From Methylococcaceae bacterium UBA2778 (GTDB lineage Bacteria; Pseudomonadota; Gammaproteobacteria; Methylococcales; UBA2778), in NCBI GenBank assembly GCA_002352385.1, contig DEII01000176.1, positions 28,677-72,785 on the forward strand: 44,109 bases of DNA, written 5' to 3'. Positions 36,802 to 44,109 of the stretch are shown here, piece by piece (the first letter of the stretch is position 1; each line of letters begins with the position of its first letter). A program made the position numbers and the translations under genes. The notes under the pieces were generated by a model. That model ran no database searches. It was not told the DNA's origin and worked only from the letters and a program-made list of their open reading frames with translations.

Positions 36802-37476
36802 TCAAATCAACCCATGCTCGGCAAATGAATAGGCTTCGCCGTCACCGACAATAAAATGGTCGAGCACGCGTATATCGAACAGAGCAAGCGCCTGCTTCAA
36901 TTTTTGGGTGATCTGTTTATCCGCCTGGCTTGGTTCGGCAACGCCGGAGGGGTGATTATGGGCGAATATGACAGCCGTTGCGTTGACCGATAAAGCGTGT
37001 TTGGTGACTTCCCTCGGGTAGACGCTGGCGCCATCGATCGTTCCGCGAAACAGTTTCTCGAACTCGATAACGCGGTGTCGATTATCCAGGAAAAGACAGG
37101 CGAACACCTCATGCGGATAGTCGCGCAATTGAGCCGTTAGATAGGCACGTGTGGTGTCGGGTTGGGTCAATGCGCTGCCTCGTTTGAGCTTCTCGAGAAA
37201 ATGGCGTCTCGCCATTTCCAATACCGCCTGCAACAGCGTAAATTTTGCCATGCCGAGGCCGTGGCATTGGCTGAAGTGTTCCAGATCTGCCTCCAGCAGA
37301 GTACGCAGAGAGCCGAAATCTTTCAAGACTTCCCGGGCGAGATCGACGGCTGTTTTACCTTTGACGCCGGTACGCAGAAAGATCGCGAGAAGCTCGGCGT
37401 CGGAGAGGGCTTGCGGTCCGCGCCGAAGCAGCTTTTCCCGCGGTCTCTCGTCGGACGGCCAGTCGGTGATGGGCAT
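36802..37476 (-). CDS. radC: RadC/YicR JAB-domain protein
   Basis: RPREKLL..G...[13 protein letters not shown]...VYPRE, HNHPSG..EPS.AD, VLDH; divergent from coaBC. Confidence 0.95.
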   Translation of the reverse strand: MPITDWPSDERPREKLLRRGPQALSDAELLAIFLRTGVKGKTAVDLAREVLKDFGSLRTLLEADLEHFSQCHGLGMAKFTLLQAVLEMARRHFLEKLKRGSALTQPDTTRAYLTAQLRDYPHEVFACLFLDNRHRVIEFEKLFRGTIDGASVYPREVTKHALSVNATAVIFAHNHPSGVAEPSQADKQITQKLKQALALFDIRVLDHFIVGDGEAYSFAEHGLI

Positions 37477-37644
37477 AGGTGCTATTGCTGTTCGCGAAGG
37501 TATGGAAGGCTTCGTCACCAGAATGCAGGGACGAACGGAGAGCGTTTTGTGTTCGCTTCTGCATTTAATCATAGACGGCCTTGGCCACCTGTCCATAGGC
37601 GCGCGGGGTGAATTTTGCGCCCACCGGGAAAAAGGAATCGAAAC

Positions 37645-38850
37645 ATGAGTCCGCTGGCAAACAAACGTATCCTGCTGGGTGTCAGCGGTGGCATTGCCGC
37701 CTATAAAGCCGCCGAACTGGCGCGTTTATTACGAGCGGAAGATGTGGGTGTCAAGGTCGTCATGACCCGCAGCGCCACTGCCTTTGTCGCGCCGCTCACT
37801 TTTCAGGCACTCTCGGGGCAGCCTGTCTCTCTCGAATTGCTGGACGCTCATGCGGAAGCGGCGATGGGACATATCGATCTCGCTCGCTGGGCCGATCGCA
37901 TTCTGATTGCCCCGGCAACGGCCGATTTTATTGCTAAACTAAGAATAGGTATTGCGGACGAGCTGTTGACTGCGGTCTGTCTGGCAGCCGAGGCACCGAT
38001 CGTTTTGGCGCCCGCCATGAACCGGGTGATGTGGCACAATTCCGCCACTCAGAACAACGTTCAATGCCTCCGCAATCGTGGGATAAAGATCCTTGGCCCT
38101 ATGGAGGGCGCTCAGGCCTGTGGCGAGACCGGGTTGGGGCGAATGATGGAGCCGGCTGATATCTGCGCCGCTCTTGCGGCCGCCTTTAGCGGTGGGATTC
38201 TCAATGGCGTTTCCGTTCTTGTGACCGCCGGACCGACGCGGGAGGCGATTGACCCGGTCCGCTATATCAGCAACCGCAGTTCTGGAAAAATGGGCTATGC
38301 AGTTGCAGAAGCGGCCGCCGAAGCCGGTGCCGAAGTGACTCTGGTGAGCGGGCCGGTCTCCTTGTCGGCGCCCGATATCAAGGCGATTGTGAAGGTGGAA
38401 AGTGCTCGGGAAATGTACCAGGCTGTCATGGAAAGGGTGGCTTCGCAAGCGATTTTTATCGGCGCGGCCGCAGTGGCGGATTATCGCCCGGTGGCCGCGC
38501 AGACCAAAAAAATCAAAAAAGAGGCTGGGCGGCCACAGCTGATTTTGGAAAAAACCGACGACATTCTGGCTGGTGTCGCGCAGTTGGACGATGGGCCTTT
38601 CACCGTCGGATTTGCCGCCGAGACAGATAATCTGGAAGAATACGCACAACGCAAGTTGCAGAACAAAGCATTGGACATGATCGCCGCCAATTGGGTCGGC
38701 CGGCCTGACGGTGGTTTCGATCATGATGAAAATGCCTTGACTGTTTTCTGGCCGAACGGGCAGAGGCTGTTGCCGATGGCTCCTAAGCGGGTCGTGGCAA
38801 AGCAGCTCATCGCGCTGATTGGAGAACGGTTTCATGCGAATAAGAGGTAA
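37645..38850 (+). CDS. coaBC: Phosphopantothenoylcysteine decarboxylase/synthase
   Basis: [55 protein letters not shown]. Confidence 0.96.
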   Translation: MSPLANKRILLGVSGGIAAYKAAELARLLRAEDVGVKVVMTRSATAFVAPLTFQALSGQPVSLELLDAHAEAAMGHIDLARWADRILIAPATADFIAKLRIGIADELLTAVCLAAEAPIVLAPAMNRVMWHNSATQNNVQCLRNRGIKILGPMEGAQACGETGLGRMMEPADICAALAAAFSGGILNGVSVLVTAGPTREAIDPVRYISNRSSGKMGYAVAEAAAEAGAEVTLVSGPVSLSAPDIKAIVKVESAREMYQAVMERVASQAIFIGAAAVADYRPVAAQTKKIKKEAGRPQLILEKTDDILAGVAQLDDGPFTVGFAAETDNLEEYAQRKLQNKALDMIAANWVGRPDGGFDHDENALTVFWPNGQRLLPMAPKRVVAKQLIALIGERFHANKR

Positions 38851-38865
38851 GATGCCAAAATCCTT

Positions 38866-39327
38866 ATGACCCAGAAGATCGAGACAAAAATCGTCAATCC
38901 AATGATCGGCAGAGAGATACCATTGCCGACGTACGCGACGGCCGGTTCGGCCGGTATGGATTTGAGAGCCTGCATCGCCGAGCCGCTGACGATTCAGCCC
39001 GATGAGACCAGGCTGATTGGCAGCGGTATTGCCATCAGTATCCGCGACAGTGCGCTGATGGCTGTGCTTGCGCCGCGATCCGGGCTTGGTGTGAAACATC
39101 GCCTAGTGCTAGCCAATCTCATTGGAATCATCGACAGTGATTATCAAAACGAAGTAAAAGTCGCCCTGTGGAACGCGGGAGCAAAGCCGTATACCGTCCA
39201 CCCCGGCGAAAGGATTTGCCAGATGATGTTTGTACCCGTTGTACAGGCTGAACTCGAGCTCGTGGAAACGTTTGAAGAAAAAACCGATCGTGGGCTCGGT
39301 GGGTTTGGGCATACAGGACGTATCTGA
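38866..39327 (+). CDS. dut: dUTP diphosphatase
   Basis: [36 protein letters not shown]. Confidence 0.96.
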   Translation: MTQKIETKIVNPMIGREIPLPTYATAGSAGMDLRACIAEPLTIQPDETRLIGSGIAISIRDSALMAVLAPRSGLGVKHRLVLANLIGIIDSDYQNEVKVALWNAGAKPYTVHPGERICQMMFVPVVQAELELVETFEEKTDRGLGGFGHTGRI

Positions 39328-39551
39328 ACAAACGCGCCCGATCACCCGTTGGCTGTTGGCGAGTTCGCAACAACAGAAAGCACGTTAATCGGGAGGCAGC
39401 AGAACAGATACATGCCGGGGCCGCTGTGTTTATCCCGCTTTCCGCGTTTGTTCGGTTGATCGTTGCCGGGGGCTATTGGTTGCCGCGTGCTTGTATATGT
39501 TTCCGAAATGTGTAAAACGACCTGCGGCTATGACTTGCCGAGAAGCAAATA

Positions 39552-43878
<4,327 letters not shown>

Positions 43879-44062
43879 AAAGAATCTTTAACCTTTTCGG
43901 ACCGATTTCCGAAAGCCCTATATCAAGCGTAGCTGCTGCTTTGGATCAGTCAACCGGAAGTCCGAAATGGCGCACACGGCGCATCCTGCAAGCCGCGTTG
44001 GCACGCGGTGCGGGGCGGGTTGCGTGCTTTATTGGGCGGGGCGCAGAGGTTGTCTTCGCTGG

Positions 44063-44109
44063 GAGGCTGTCCGAGAATAGCGATCGTAGCGAGGGCGAGA
44101 CTGATTGAG
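44063..44109. mobile_element. Truncated MITE copy cut by window edge
   Basis: Its reverse complement matches 23272-23318 with 2 mismatches; left flank CTGG. Confidence 0.85.

Noticed and set aside
39410-39455. Minus-strand CAAACGCGGAAAGCGGGATAAA resembling a c-di-GMP-I riboswitch
   Set aside because: Lacks the GGCAAA/GACGCAAA core and P2, and is antisense to the flanking genes
43979-44018. GC-rich hairpin (CCGCGT-TGGC-ACGCGG) and TGGCAC sigma54-like motif
   Set aside because: GG-GC spacing is wrong for a -24/-12 promoter, and an isolated hairpin is unremarkable at this GC content

Overview
44.1 kb of gammaproteobacterial chromosome. Gene orders such as nlpD-rpoS, alaC-hom-thrC and radC-coaBC-dut-algC-argB support this; Methylococcales/Chromatiales-like affinity is a guess. 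Most of 15.1-43.9 kb is housekeeping: tesA/ybbAP, nlpD-rpoS, alaC-hom-thrC-recJ-hutH, mutY, folA, yajQ, djlA, purC, radC-coaBC-dut-algC-argB. The standout is an accessory block at about 1-15 kb. A divergent patatin faces a tightly coupled operon: bestrophin channel, RCK(TrkA-N)-RyR-degenerate SLOG protein, MlaE/MlaF/MlaD/PqiC-like MCE transporter, HIT-motif hypothetical protein and EamA. This operon converges on a DUF4062(TIR-like)-nSTAND1-TM-WD40 NLR-like protein, making a candidate nucleotide-signalling/defence system. Non-coding features: a MITE family with GAGGCTGTCCGAGAATAG terminal inverted repeats (4 copies, two cut by the window ends), heptamer repeats directly upstream of two start codons, an uncalled 50-aa ORF duplicating the MlaD N-terminus, and two structured intergenic RNA candidates. 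All family calls come from motif recognition by eye; no searches were run.
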